Assembly (NCBI GenBank): GCA_001897995.1
Contig: MKRV01000315.1
Coordinates: 545 to 64,544 of the forward strand
DNA length: 64,000 bases
Source of the DNA: Alphaproteobacteria bacterium 65-37
GTDB taxonomy: Bacteria; Pseudomonadota; Alphaproteobacteria; Reyranellales; Reyranellaceae
Reading direction: 5' to 3'
This document shows positions 18,679 to 30,365 of the stretch, in pieces; positions within the stretch are counted from its first letter, which is position 1, and every line of letters starts with the position of its first letter. The notes under the pieces are model-generated. The model was not told where the DNA came from and ran no database searches. It saw only the letters and a program-made list of their open reading frames with translations. The position numbers and the translations under genes were made by a program.

Positions 18679-19596
18679 TCACGGAGGTGTCATGTCCGCC
18701 TTCACCCAGCCCTTGTCCGGGTTGAACGCCGCGATTGCCCCGGCCCGTTGCGCCGTCTCGGGACCGAGGTCCTGTTGGTACACGACACCTTCATAGCTCA
18801 CGATGAAGGTCATGACACCAGTGACGCCGTATTTCACAGGCCACGCGATCGCCGCGAAGCCGCCAATCATACGATTGTTCAGGATGTAGTCACGCGCGCC
18901 GCCCGGTGCCGCGGCACCCTGGGCGTAGAGCAGGCGGAAGTAATAGCCGTAATGGCCGTCGGGCGAGGCCCCATCGACCTGCGCCTTGGCGACGGCCGGG
19001 CCCAAGGGGCTCTGCGGCTCGCCGGGCTTGGTCTCCCAGTAGAGGCCGTTCTTCTGGCCAGGCGAGCTCAACAGCCGTCGGGCATAGACCGGTGAGCCGG
19101 TCTTCATCGGATCGAGGCTGGCATAGTCGCGCTGGGCATCGGCGATCGCCAGCAGGGTCTGCACCACCGCGCCTTCGTCGTGGCCGATCTGGCGCAACCG
19201 CATTTCACGCCAGCCGGCAGCGGCATCGAACCGCCATTCCGCGCCATCCTTCACGATCGGGATCGGTAGGGTCCAGCCGGCCTTGCCGGCTACGACCATC
19301 GCCTTGTCACCCGAGACCTTGACTTCGTGGGCCTCGTCCCAGGCCTTGAGATAGTTGGCGCGTCGTGCCGCGACCTGGGTCGCCGTCGTCGGCACGAACT
19401 CACGCCACTCCGGTCCGAGAAGTGAAGACAGGGCCTTTTCGTTCATGCCGCGCACGGCATCGGTGAAGGCGGCGGCCGCCGCGTCGGGCGTCGGAAAGCC
19501 CAGCACCTTGGCCGTCTGTTGGGCGACAGCGCCGCCTGACAGGCCGACGGCAATCGCCAAGGCAAGGGCTGCACGCCGAAACAAGGACATGCTCAT
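18679..19596 (-). CDS. DUF2950 family protein
   Basis: WTLPIPIVKDGAEWRFD, YARRLLSSPGQKNGLYW, GYYFRLLYAQG, GGFAAIAWPVKYGVTGVMTFIV. ATG 19596 overlaps the upstream stop (ATGA). Confidence 0.88.
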   Translation of the reverse strand: MSMSLFRRAALALAIAVGLSGGAVAQQTAKVLGFPTPDAAAAAFTDAVRGMNEKALSSLLGPEWREFVPTTATQVAARRANYLKAWDEAHEVKVSGDKAMVVAGKAGWTLPIPIVKDGAEWRFDAAAGWREMRLRQIGHDEGAVVQTLLAIADAQRDYASLDPMKTGSPVYARRLLSSPGQKNGLYWETKPGEPQSPLGPAVAKAQVDGASPDGHYGYYFRLLYAQGAAAPGGARDYILNNRMIGGFAAIAWPVKYGVTGVMTFIVSYEGVVYQQDLGPETAQRAGAIAAFNPDKGWVKADMTPP

Positions 19597-20765
19597 CGCC
19601 GGAACCCTCCGCCATGAAACCCGCCGCCGCCAAATCGATCGCCTCCCCCCCAGCTCCGGTCTCCCCAGGAGGAACGACCGCGGTCGAAGTCCCGCTGCAT
19701 GTCGTTGCCGCCGCGGTTGATGCCGTCGAAGGCATCGCCGCGGCCCCATCCTCCGCGATTCTCGGCGCCGCGATTTTCCATGCCGCGATCCTCGGCAGCG
19801 CGCGCGCCAGCCCCCTCGGGTCGCGTCGTGAAGTTGCCGCGGTTGTCGAGCTGGCCGCGAAACTGCTGGCGCTCGGTGGCGTTCGGCCAGCGCTGGCCGT
19901 ACTTCTCCCGCTCGCCGGGCGTGCGGTAGGGCACGCCGCCGCGATGCGCCGGATCGAAGTTCCAGCGACCGTCGCCATACTTGTTGGCGTCGAAATTGTT
20001 GACGCTGATGTTGGTCGCCTTGTTGACGTTCACCGTAGTGTAGCTGTTGCCCCAGGCGCCGCCGCTCCAGCCCCAGTGCCAGCCGCCGAACATCGCCGAA
20101 CCGGCCGCGACGCCCAACCCGAACATCATGCCGGTCATCAGCGCCTGGCCGTAGTTGGGTGGCGGCGGATAGTAAGGCGGCGGATAGGCCGGATAGGGCC
20201 ACGCCCCGTAGGCCCAGGCCGGGTTGTAGTACGGCACGTAGACGACTTCCGGATTGGCCGGCTCGATGACGATGGCGCTCGCGCCGTCGCTGGTCTGCTT
20301 CGTCACCTTCTGCTGCGGCGTCGACTTCAAGTTGCCGGCCGCTTCAGCCCGGGCGCGCAGGCGCTGGACGGAGGCCGCGACCTCCTTCTGCTGGCCGATC
20401 ATCGCGTCGCCGACCTTCTGGGTCCAGTCGAGCTGGTTGCTCATCATCTGCAGGGTCTGCGGAAAGGCGGTCAGCGACTTCACGCTGACGTCCCAGTCCT
20501 GATTCTTGACGGCGGCGACCGCAGCGTCACCCTTGAGGCTGGGATTGGCTTGCGACCAGCGGGCCGCCTCGACGACTTCGAGCGGATAGGTTGCCGCCAT
20601 CAGTACCTGTGCCAGCAGGGCATCGGGATAGAGGGCGATCGGCGCCAGCAGCTGATCGAGCTGCTCGTTGGTGAAGGGTTTGCTGGAGTCCTGGGCAAAG
20701 AGCGGGCGGAGGGGCGCCAGGGCGATGACGGCCGCTGACAACATAAAAAGCTTGCGCCGTTCCAT
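19593..20765 (-). CDS. DUF3300 family protein
   Basis: QLDQLLAPIALYPDALLAQVLMAATYPLEVVEAARW, WDVSVKSL, IEPANPEVVYVPYYNP; low-complexity R/G-rich tail. Confidence 0.92.
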   Translation of the reverse strand: MERRKLFMLSAAVIALAPLRPLFAQDSSKPFTNEQLDQLLAPIALYPDALLAQVLMAATYPLEVVEAARWSQANPSLKGDAAVAAVKNQDWDVSVKSLTAFPQTLQMMSNQLDWTQKVGDAMIGQQKEVAASVQRLRARAEAAGNLKSTPQQKVTKQTSDGASAIVIEPANPEVVYVPYYNPAWAYGAWPYPAYPPPYYPPPPNYGQALMTGMMFGLGVAAGSAMFGGWHWGWSGGAWGNSYTTVNVNKATNISVNNFDANKYGDGRWNFDPAHRGGVPYRTPGEREKYGQRWPNATERQQFRGQLDNRGNFTTRPEGAGARAAEDRGMENRGAENRGGWGRGDAFDGINRGGNDMQRDFDRGRSSWGDRSWGGGDRFGGGGFHGGGFRR

Positions 20766-20871
20766 GGGCCGTTCGTTCCTCCGAAAGGTCAGCCGTACAG
20801 GGGCTGCACCCTAATGGCGAATACTGCAGCGCGTCCAGCGCAGGCGCATGACAGGCCGCGATATGGCCGTT

Positions 20872-22716
20872 TCAGACGAGTCGGTAAACTTGTTCCGGCT
20901 CGTCGCGTCCCTTCACGTGGCGCAGTTCCGGCGTCGGCAGAGGGCCCAGCGTCTCGGGATTCTTCATCGCGGCAATGGTGTCGCCGCTCACCAGCACGAT
21001 CACGTCCTCGGCCTCGGTCATGAATTCCTTGCCGAGCTGCTCGAAGCGCTGCGCCACGTTCACCGTATCGCCCACTACCGTGTAGTTGACGCGGCCCGGC
21101 GCGCCGATGTTGCCGACCACCACCGGCCCGGAATGGACGCCGACACGCAGGCGCACCGGCATCTGGCCCGCCGCGGCCCTCAGCGCATTATCCTCGCGGA
21201 TCACGCGGGCCATTTCGAGAGCGGTCTTGACCGCATGGTCGGCATGGTCCTCCATCTGGAACAGGCCGCCCCAGACCGCCATCACGCAGTCGCCGATATA
21301 CTTGTCGATCACCCCCTGCTCGCTCTCGATGCAGGCGCCGAGCAGGGCGAAGTGATGGTTGAGCATCTCGGCGGTTTCCTGCTCGTGCAGCTCCTCGGCT
21401 TGCGGCGTGAAGCCCACGATGTCGGTGAACATCACCGTGACATCGCGCCGGCGCGAGACGACAGCGCCCTCTCCGAGCTCCATCAGGCGCAGCACCAGTC
21501 GGTGGGGCACGTAGGCACCGAACCATTTCAGCGCACCACGCGCCTTGTCGAGGCTGTGGCCGGCATCGTCGATCTCGCGCAGCCGCGAACGGCGATGGAA
21601 GGGCACGTCGAATTTCAACTGCTCGATCGATTCCGCGGCCGACGTGATGGTGCGGATCGAGCGGGCCATGCGCAGCCCCATGAACAGCGCCAGCAGGGCG
21701 GCAACCGCGAGAGTGATGCCGCCGACGATGGCACCGTTGGTCAACCTGTCGAGATCGCTCGTCGCCTCCTCAATCGGGAAATACTGCCCAACCAGCCACG
21801 GATCGGGGCCGAAGCGGCGCAGTTCGCGATAGACGAACACCCAGCGGTGGCCGTCGACCTCGACGATATGGCCGAGGCTGCCGAGCGCCCGGTCGATCCG
21901 CTCCGAACGAACCGGTCGACTCCAGATATGGGCCAGCACCGGATCGTCGACCTGCTTGATGGTGGGCAGCGGATGCTCTTCGGAAAGGCCGAGGCCGCGC
22001 GGATTGATCAGGCGGCGATGCGCCAGCACCTTGTCGCGGCCGACCAGGATGAAATACCGGCCATCGCCGCCGCGCGTCGGATCGCCGATCAGGTAGGAAA
22101 GGTCGCCGACCGCGACCGTGGCGATCAGGCCGCCGATGAAGGCATTGTCGATACGGCGCACCGGCGTACGGACATTGACCACCGGCTGCTTGACCGTCTC
22201 GCTCCAGAACAGGGCCCCCCAGAAGGTGTGCTGCGACAGCTGCAGCTCGCGGAAGCGTTCGAGGCCGCGCGGCGTGTCCACCAACGAGAGCGTGTCGCGA
22301 TGGATCTGCCCGTCGGGTTCGCGCACGGCGCGGTGAAGCTTGAGGTCGAGCGTGGCGAAGCCGACCGCCGAAACCGCCGGCACCTGAGCCATCATCACGG
22401 CCAGCGCCTCACGCACATCGACCGGCGATTCGATGTCGATGCGGCCGGCAGCCGCCAGCGAAGCAATCAGTTCGAGCTGTTCGCTGACCGGATCGAGACG
22501 GCTGCGCACCAGGTCGACCTGGGCATCGACGACACGGGCGGCGCGGTCGACCAGCAGGCGCTCGGCAGTCCCGGTCGCACCGGCCAGGACGAAGATGTAG
22601 GCAACGCCCGAGATCAGCGAGAGCGAAACGAAGGCAAGCACCATCGCCACGACCAGCGGCATTCGCCACAGCGATCGTTCGGTCTTTTCACTCGGTACAT
22701 CGGAGATCGGGCTCAA
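20872..22716 (-). CDS. Membrane adenylate/guanylate cyclase (periplasmic Cache-like + HAMP + class III cyclase)
   Basis: Two TM helices; VMFTDIVGFT, DKYIGDCVMA, GVHSGPVVVGNIG, YTVVGDTVNVAQR. Confidence 0.9.
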   Translation of the reverse strand: MSPISDVPSEKTERSLWRMPLVVAMVLAFVSLSLISGVAYIFVLAGATGTAERLLVDRAARVVDAQVDLVRSRLDPVSEQLELIASLAAAGRIDIESPVDVREALAVMMAQVPAVSAVGFATLDLKLHRAVREPDGQIHRDTLSLVDTPRGLERFRELQLSQHTFWGALFWSETVKQPVVNVRTPVRRIDNAFIGGLIATVAVGDLSYLIGDPTRGGDGRYFILVGRDKVLAHRRLINPRGLGLSEEHPLPTIKQVDDPVLAHIWSRPVRSERIDRALGSLGHIVEVDGHRWVFVYRELRRFGPDPWLVGQYFPIEEATSDLDRLTNGAIVGGITLAVAALLALFMGLRMARSIRTITSAAESIEQLKFDVPFHRRSRLREIDDAGHSLDKARGALKWFGAYVPHRLVLRLMELGEGAVVSRRRDVTVMFTDIVGFTPQAEELHEQETAEMLNHHFALLGACIESEQGVIDKYIGDCVMAVWGGLFQMEDHADHAVKTALEMARVIREDNALRAAAGQMPVRLRVGVHSGPVVVGNIGAPGRVNYTVVGDTVNVAQRFEQLGKEFMTEAEDVIVLVSGDTIAAMKNPETLGPLPTPELRHVKGRDEPEQVYRLV

Positions 22717-22756
22717 GCAGGGACATCATAGGATGTCCCCGCTCGATATGCGATGG

Positions 22757-22811
22757 CTCGCGCGGACAAGCCGCGGTGCCTCGCGCGGACAGTCCGCGGT
22801 GCCTCGCGCGG
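22757..22811. repeat. Short intergenic tandem repeat, 23-bp period, about 2.5 copies
   Basis: CTCGCGCGG recurs at 22757, 22780 and 22803; CCGCGGTGCCTCGCGCGG is exact at 22771 and 22794. Confidence 0.8.
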
Positions 22812-24419
<1,608 letters not shown>

Positions 24420-24688
24420 GGCGTTTCTCCTGCTTTTGCGGCTGATCCGATGAATGAACGTAATGGGGGATTACCAGCCCCCAGAAAACGTCGCAGTGAC
24501 CTTTTCGTTGCCTTTCTAAGCGCTAAAGGGACGGCCCTGACGTGGCAAGAGGCTGCGCAGAGGCTGCGACAGTTGGTGCCGAGGATCATGTGGATCGGCC
24601 TTCGCACTCGCGAAGGGCATCCCGCGGCGCGGAATCAGGTTCGGTCGCGAGAACGCCCACGAGAGCAAGTGCAGCGAAGCGACCCCCT

Positions 24689-25408
24689 TCAGGTCACAGC
24701 GCGAGCCTTCGCGACAAGTGCAACCAGGACCTTCCGAGCCTCGCCAGCCGCGGCCAGCGGCGCCTCGAAGGCAAGCCGTGCCACCTGCCCGCCCTGCCGC
24801 AGATCGAGGCCCTCCGGATCGATGCCGGTCATGTGCCAGCCTGCGCCAGCCAGCCCCAGCAACTTGCCGGCATAGAGCTGGATTGCATCGGCATGGTCCT
24901 CGTTCATATGGGTCACGATTCCGGCCTCGGCCTCGGCCAGACCCAGGGTCTGAGGCGCCGCCAGGTCCGCCCGATCGATCCAGCGGATCTTGCCGAAGCC
25001 GCCCACCAGGTGGGTCCGCTCCACGGCCACACGATAGAAGCGGAAGTCCTTGAAACCGGCATACAGGGCCGCATCGGGATGGCGGGCCAGGAAGCGGGCC
25101 TTGGTGCGCTCGTCGGCCGTCCGCTCGGCTCGCCCCAGCACGGTGACCCGCGGACCGGTCAGCGGCTGATCGAGGCCGGCCGTGCCGTCGAACAGGAGCG
25201 AAACGCGGCTGTCTGCCTGGATTGCCTTGGTATGTTCGGCGAGATCGCTCAAAAGCAGGAGGGGCGACAGATCGTGATCGACCGCGACCAGGACCAGCGA
25301 GGCATAGGGCCAGACGCCGGTTTCGCCCGGCAGGGCGCTGGCCAAGGCGGCACGGTCGAGGCCGCGAAGCAGATCGCGCACGGAGCGCGGCATGTCGTCA
25401 TGGGTCAT
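24689..25408 (-). CDS. HugZ/pyridoxamine-5'-phosphate oxidase-like protein with DUF2470
   Basis: PYASLV, LLSDLAEHTKAI, RVTVLG, YAGFKDF, LVGGFG, HMNEDHAD, GIDPEGLDL. Confidence 0.88.
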   Translation of the reverse strand: MTHDDMPRSVRDLLRGLDRAALASALPGETGVWPYASLVLVAVDHDLSPLLLLSDLAEHTKAIQADSRVSLLFDGTAGLDQPLTGPRVTVLGRAERTADERTKARFLARHPDAALYAGFKDFRFYRVAVERTHLVGGFGKIRWIDRADLAAPQTLGLAEAEAGIVTHMNEDHADAIQLYAGKLLGLAGAGWHMTGIDPEGLDLRQGGQVARLAFEAPLAAAGEARKVLVALVAKARAVT

Positions 25409-25538
25409 TTTCGGTTCAAAAAAGCCGCAATTGTTCGCTTGAGGATTACGGGCCGGGGAGGCGGCGGCGGCGGCCCGGTCTGTGATAGCATGGTCCACTG
25501 TCCGTTGTCCGCTGTGCCCCTGCAGGAGAAGCCAAGCC

Positions 25539-26234
25539 GTGCGCAAGAACATCGCCCTCGTCGACGACGACCGCAACATCCTCACCTCCGTGTCGATGCT
25601 GCTCGAAGCCGAAGGGTTCCAGATCAAGACCTACAACGACGGTGCTTCGGCGCTCGAGGGGCTGAATCAGTCGCCGCCCGATCTCGCCATCTTCGATATC
25701 AAGATGCCGCGGATGGACGGGATGGAGCTGCTGAACCGCATCCGCAAGACGCAGCAGTTCCCCGTAATCTTCCTCACCTCCAAGGACGAGGAGATCGACG
25801 AGGTGCTGGGTCTGCGCATGGGCGCCGACGATTTCATCCGCAAGCCCTTTTCGCAGCGCCTGCTGCTGGAGCGCATCCGCGCCGTGCTGCGCCGCGCCGA
25901 CGCCGGCGGCGGCAAGGGTGAGTCGGCCGCGGAGCGTATCGTGCGCGGCGAGCTGGTGCTCGATCCCAGCCGCCACCAGTGCACCTGGAAGGGCAAGGAG
26001 GTGCATCTCACGGTCACCGAATTCCTGCTGCTCAAGTCGCTGGCCGAGCGACCGGGTCACGTGAAGAACCGCGACCAGCTGATGGACGCGGCCTACGGCG
26101 AGACGATCTACGTCGACGACCGCACGATCGACAGTCACATCAAGCGAGTCCGCCGCAAGTTCCGCGAGGTCGACGGCGAGTTCGAGCAGATCGAAACGCT
26201 CTATGGCATTGGATACCGATACCGCGACTCCTGA
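25539..26234 (+). CDS. chvI: Response regulator ChvI
   Basis: [49 protein letters not shown] start with AGGAG RBS. Confidence 0.95.
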   Translation: MRKNIALVDDDRNILTSVSMLLEAEGFQIKTYNDGASALEGLNQSPPDLAIFDIKMPRMDGMELLNRIRKTQQFPVIFLTSKDEEIDEVLGLRMGADDFIRKPFSQRLLLERIRAVLRRADAGGGKGESAAERIVRGELVLDPSRHQCTWKGKEVHLTVTEFLLLKSLAERPGHVKNRDQLMDAAYGETIYVDDRTIDSHIKRVRRKFREVDGEFEQIETLYGIGYRYRDS

Positions 26235-28041
26235 GCCGCGTGCGCGGCTGTCGCAGCCCCCGTCGGGGCGCCCCTCGAAGCGCCCGACTTTCGGTTCGCG
26301 GATAGCAGAGGCTATCGCCACGTCCCTGCGCCGGCTGTTCCCCGGCCGGTCGCGTGCGCCTGTGATGACGGCGGCGACGACGTCGTCGGACTCACCGTCA
26401 CTGTTGCGTCGCCGGCGCAGTGTCGACCGCAGCCATTCGCCGCTCACGCGCCGCATCCTGCTGCTCAACCTGATCCCGGTCGCGCTGCTGACCCTGGGCG
26501 CGGTCTACCTCAGCGACTACGAGGACGAGCTGATCGACACCGAGCTCGCCTCGCTTCTGGTCCAGGGCGAGATGGTGGCGGCCGGCATTGGCGAGGTCGC
26601 CGTGGTCGGCGGCGAGACCACGGTCAACCGCATGGATGCCGACGCTGCACGCCAGCTCCTGACGCGCCTGGTGCGCCCGACCGGCGTGCGGGCGCGGCTG
26701 TTCAGCGAGACCGGCGAGCTGCTGGGCGATTCGGCCGTGCTGAGCGAGGTCGGCCGCATCCATGTCGTGCCCCTGCCGCCGCCCGAGACGCCGACCGAGG
26801 CCAAGATCGACGCCGAGATCGACTGGACCGACCGGGTCGGCGACTGGATCAATCGCCAGCTGTCGCGCGTCGACCGCTATCCCGAATATGTCGAGCGGCC
26901 GGCGCCGACCCTGCGGGAGTTCCCCGAGGCGGCGAGCGCGCTACGCGGCTTCAATGCCTCGGCCGTTCGCAGCGCCGGCGACGGCCGGCTGATCCTGAGC
27001 GCCGCCGTCCCCGTCCAGCGCTACAAGCAGGTGCTGGGCGCCCTGCTGCTGACCCGCGACAATCGCGCCATCGCCGCCTCGTTGCGCGAAGTGCGCTACG
27101 ACATGCTGACCATCGCGGCGGCGGCACTCGGCATCACCGTCCTGTTGTCGCTCTACCTCGCCGGCACCATCACCCAGCCGATCGTCCGGCTGGCCCGCGC
27201 CGCCGACGAAGTGCGCCTGGCACGCGAAAGCCGACCGGCGATCCCCGATCTCGGCAAGCGCGGCGACGAGATCGGCGACCTGAACGATGCGCTGCGCTCG
27301 ATGACCGAGGCGCTCTGGCTGCGCATCAACACCATCGAGAGCTTCGCCGCGGACGTGGCGCACGAGCTCAAGAACCCCCTGACGTCGCTGCGCTCGGCAA
27401 TCGAGATGGTAGGCCGTCCCGACCTCGACCACGAGCGCCGCAGCCGGCTGATGACCATCGTGATGGACGACATCAACCGGCTGAACCGGCTGATCTCCGA
27501 CATCTCCGACGCCTCGCGCCTCGATGCCGAGCTGATGCGCGGCGAGGTGAAGCCGGTCGAGCTCGAAGCGCTGCTGCGCGACATGGTCAATCACTACGCC
27601 GCGACCGCCAACCAGAAATCGGGCGTCGAGGTCGAGTTCCGGGTCGCCGCCAACCCACCCTACGTCGCCCACGGCCATGACGGCCGCTACGGCCAGGTGT
27701 TCCGCAACGTCATCGACAACGCCCTGTCCTTCAGCCCGCAGGGCTCGCGCATCCTGGTCGAGCTCAGCCGCGAGCCGCGCAACGGCCCGTTCGTCGTCAC
27801 GATCGACGACGAAGGCCCGGGCATCCCCGAGGACAATCTCGAATCGATCTTCCAGCGTTTCTATTCGGAGCGCCCGACCGAGCATTTCGGCCAGCATTCC
27901 GGACTGGGCCTCTCGATCTGCCGCCAGATCATGGAGACCTATGGCGGCTCGATCACCGCCTCCAACCGACGGGCGCCCGACGGCAAGGTGCTGGGGTCGC
28001 GCTTCACGGTTCGCATCCCGGTCGCGACCGGCCGGAAATGA
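26203..28041 (+). CDS. chvG: Sensor histidine kinase ChvG (ExoS)
   Basis: [62 protein letters not shown]. Follows chvI. Confidence 0.93.
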   Translation: MALDTDTATPEPRARLSQPPSGRPSKRPTFGSRIAEAIATSLRRLFPGRSRAPVMTAATTSSDSPSLLRRRRSVDRSHSPLTRRILLLNLIPVALLTLGAVYLSDYEDELIDTELASLLVQGEMVAAGIGEVAVVGGETTVNRMDADAARQLLTRLVRPTGVRARLFSETGELLGDSAVLSEVGRIHVVPLPPPETPTEAKIDAEIDWTDRVGDWINRQLSRVDRYPEYVERPAPTLREFPEAASALRGFNASAVRSAGDGRLILSAAVPVQRYKQVLGALLLTRDNRAIAASLREVRYDMLTIAAAALGITVLLSLYLAGTITQPIVRLARAADEVRLARESRPAIPDLGKRGDEIGDLNDALRSMTEALWLRINTIESFAADVAHELKNPLTSLRSAIEMVGRPDLDHERRSRLMTIVMDDINRLNRLISDISDASRLDAELMRGEVKPVELEALLRDMVNHYAATANQKSGVEVEFRVAANPPYVAHGHDGRYGQVFRNVIDNALSFSPQGSRILVELSREPRNGPFVVTIDDEGPGIPEDNLESIFQRFYSERPTEHFGQHSGLGLSICRQIMETYGGSITASNRRAPDGKVLGSRFTVRIPVATGRK

Positions 28042-28484
28042 CCACGCGCGTCCACGCGACCTCGGTCGCCCTCAAGGCGCGAAGCCGCACCTGGCAAGTC
28101 GTGCTGCTGCGTGGGCCCTCGGGCGCCGGCAAGTCCGATCTCGCGGCACGGCTGATCGAGGCCGGCGGACGGCTGGTCGCGGACGATCAGACCGAACTCA
28201 CCCGACACGGGCGACGACTGATGGCCACTTGCCCCAAGACCCTGGCCGGCCTTCTCGAAGTGCGCGGCGTCGGTATCGTGAAGCTCGGCCGCGGCCAGCT
28301 CGTCGCCCGCGCCCCGGTTGCCCTGCTGATCGACCTCGTCCCGCCGCAACGGATCGAACGCCTGCCCGAGCCGGCGCGGGAATCCCTGCTCGGCATTACC
28401 TTGCCGGTCCTCGCGCTCGCGCCGTTCGAAGCTTCCGCCAGCGCCAAGTTGCACCTTGCTCTCGGACAAATCGCGGCGGCATGA
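28038..28484 (+). CDS. hprK: HPr kinase/phosphorylase, short alphaproteobacterial form
   Basis: VHATSV, LLRGPSGAGKSDLA, LVADDQ, LLEVRGVGI. Confidence 0.92.
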   Translation: MTTRVHATSVALKARSRTWQVVLLRGPSGAGKSDLAARLIEAGGRLVADDQTELTRHGRRLMATCPKTLAGLLEVRGVGIVKLGRGQLVARAPVALLIDLVPPQRIERLPEPARESLLGITLPVLALAPFEASASAKLHLALGQIAAA

Positions 28485-29437
28485 TCCCGCCGCGATCCAT
28501 GCCGGACAACAGATCCTCCTCCCCACCCTCCCTCGCCACGCCGGCGCAAATCGAGCGCCGGCCGTTCGTCGTCGTGTCGGGCCTCTCGGGCGCCGGCCGC
28601 GTGACGGCGCTGAGCGCCCTGGCCGACATGGGCTATGTCGCCGTCGACAACATGCCGCTCTCGCTGTTCGGCGACCTGGTTCGATCGACGACCGGCAAAC
28701 CCGGCGAGGAGGCCCCGCCGCTCGCCTTCGGCATCGACACGCGCACCTTCGGTTTCGATCCCCGTGTGCTGGTCGAGCGCGTGCGCGAGCTGCGCAAGCA
28801 TCCCAGCCTTGCCGTCCGGTTGCTGTTTCTCGAAGCCGACACCGAAACGCTGCAGCGCCGCTACACCGAGTCGCGGCGCCCGCACCCCGTCGCGCCGGAT
28901 CGACCGGTGGTCGACGGCATCGAGCGGGAGCGCAGCCAGATCGGCTTCATGCGCGACCACGCCGATGTGCGGATCGATACGTCCGGCCTTTCGCCGCATC
29001 GGTTGAAACAGATTCTCACCGGACATTTTGCACTGGGTCCTGCGCCCGGAGTGCGGATTTCCGTGATGTCGTTTTCGTTCCGCCGCGGCCTGCCCCGCGA
29101 AGCCGATCTGGTATTCGATGCGCGTTTTCTGAAGAATCCGCACTACGAACCGACGCTGCGGGCCTTGACCGGGCGCGATCCGGCCGTCGCGGCCTTCGTC
29201 GCAACGGACCCCGACTATGGGCCGTTCGTCGACCGATTGAAGGCGTTGATCGGCCCGCTGCTGCCCCGTTTCGACGCCGAGGGCAAGAGCTATTTGACCA
29301 TTGCCGTCGGCTGCACGGGAGGCCGCCACCGTTCTGTGGCATTGGCCGAGGAGCTCGCAGAGTGGTTGCGAAGCGCTGGCCGCTCGGTCACTCTATCGCA
29401 CAGGGACGCTGAAGGAGCCGAAAAGGCCCACGGCTGA
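28481..29437 (+). CDS. rapZ: RNase adapter RapZ (UPF0042 P-loop protein)
   Basis: VSGLSGAGRVTAL, VDNMP, GIDTR, RRYTESRRPHP, SFSFRRGLPREADLVFDARFLKNPHY, GCTGGRHRSV. ATGA overlap with hprK. Confidence 0.93.
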   Translation: MIPPRSMPDNRSSSPPSLATPAQIERRPFVVVSGLSGAGRVTALSALADMGYVAVDNMPLSLFGDLVRSTTGKPGEEAPPLAFGIDTRTFGFDPRVLVERVRELRKHPSLAVRLLFLEADTETLQRRYTESRRPHPVAPDRPVVDGIERERSQIGFMRDHADVRIDTSGLSPHRLKQILTGHFALGPAPGVRISVMSFSFRRGLPREADLVFDARFLKNPHYEPTLRALTGRDPAVAAFVATDPDYGPFVDRLKALIGPLLPRFDAEGKSYLTIAVGCTGGRHRSVALAEELAEWLRSAGRSVTLSHRDAEGAEKAHG

Positions 29438-29453
29438 GGGTAGAGCAGACAGA

Positions 29454-29858
29454 ATGATCGGTATCGTACTGGTGACCCACGGTAACCTTGCGCAAGAGTT
29501 CCTTGCTGCGCTCGAGCATGTCGTTGGTCCGCAGCAATTCACTGCCGCCGTCTGCATCGGCGCCGACGACGACATGGAGAAGCGACGCAGCGAAATCCTC
29601 GAGCGGGCGAAAGCCTGCGACACCGGGGATGGCGTGATCGTTCTCACCGACATGTTCGGCGGCACGCCGTCGAACCTCGCCATCTCGATCATGGAGCAGG
29701 CGCGGATCGAGGTGCTGGCCGGCGTCAACCTGCCCATGCTGGTGAAGCTGGCCAGCGTGCGGACACGGCCGATCGCCGAGGCCGTGCTGATGGCCCAGGA
29801 AGCAGGCCGCAAATACATCACCGTCGCCTCGCGCATTCTGGCCAAGGAAGCTTCGTGA
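29454..29858 (+). CDS. PTS EIIA component, mannose/fructose family
   Basis: MIGIVLVTHG, LTDMFGGTPSN, GVNLPML. Confidence 0.93.
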   Translation: MIGIVLVTHGNLAQEFLAALEHVVGPQQFTAAVCIGADDDMEKRRSEILERAKACDTGDGVIVLTDMFGGTPSNLAISIMEQARIEVLAGVNLPMLVKLASVRTRPIAEAVLMAQEAGRKYITVASRILAKEAS

Positions 29859-30163
29859 GCGATAGTTCTGGTTCGACTACGGGCGCCGCCGTCGGCGCCC
29901 TGAAGCGTAGCTTGCCGATTGCCAACAAGCGTGGCCTGCATGCGCGCGCCGCCGCCAAGTTCGTACGCACCGCCGGCCAGTTCGACGCCGTCGTGCGAGT
30001 CTCCTTCAAGGGCCAGGAAGTTTCCGGCCTGTCGATCATGGGCCTGATGATGCTGGCGGCCGGTATCGGCAGCCAGATCGATCTCGTCTGCTCGGGCCGC
30101 CAGGCCGGCGACGCCATGGCCGCCCTGTCGACCCTGGTCGAGGGCAAGTTCGGCGAGGAATAG
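29855..30163 (+). CDS. ptsH: HPr/NPr phosphocarrier
   Basis: NKRGLHARAAAKFV, SIMGLMML. Confidence 0.93.
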   Translation: MSDSSGSTTGAAVGALKRSLPIANKRGLHARAAAKFVRTAGQFDAVVRVSFKGQEVSGLSIMGLMMLAAGIGSQIDLVCSGRQAGDAMAALSTLVEGKFGEE

Positions 30164-30365
30164 TCGAGGTCAGGTCCATTGTGGCGTGCGTTGGGCCACC
30201 TTTTCCTGCGGCAATAGGGCGGCATAAAGCCCCGGGAATATGGACATAAATTCTTGCTTATATGTTGATGGCACGCGTTGAGGCCCTGCCGGGCCGCTGT
30301 TATGACACGCCCGCTTTCGCATTCGCCTCGCTTTCCCAGACCGTTTGCCAGACCAGGAGCGCCAC

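Noticed and set aside
22752-22811. Possible mini-CRISPR
   Set aside because: The repeats abut with no unique spacers, there are fewer than three full copies, and no cas genes are present.
30164-30365. SAH or SAM riboswitch upstream of ahcY
   Set aside because: I could not find the conserved aptamer motifs. An Rfam scan would settle it.
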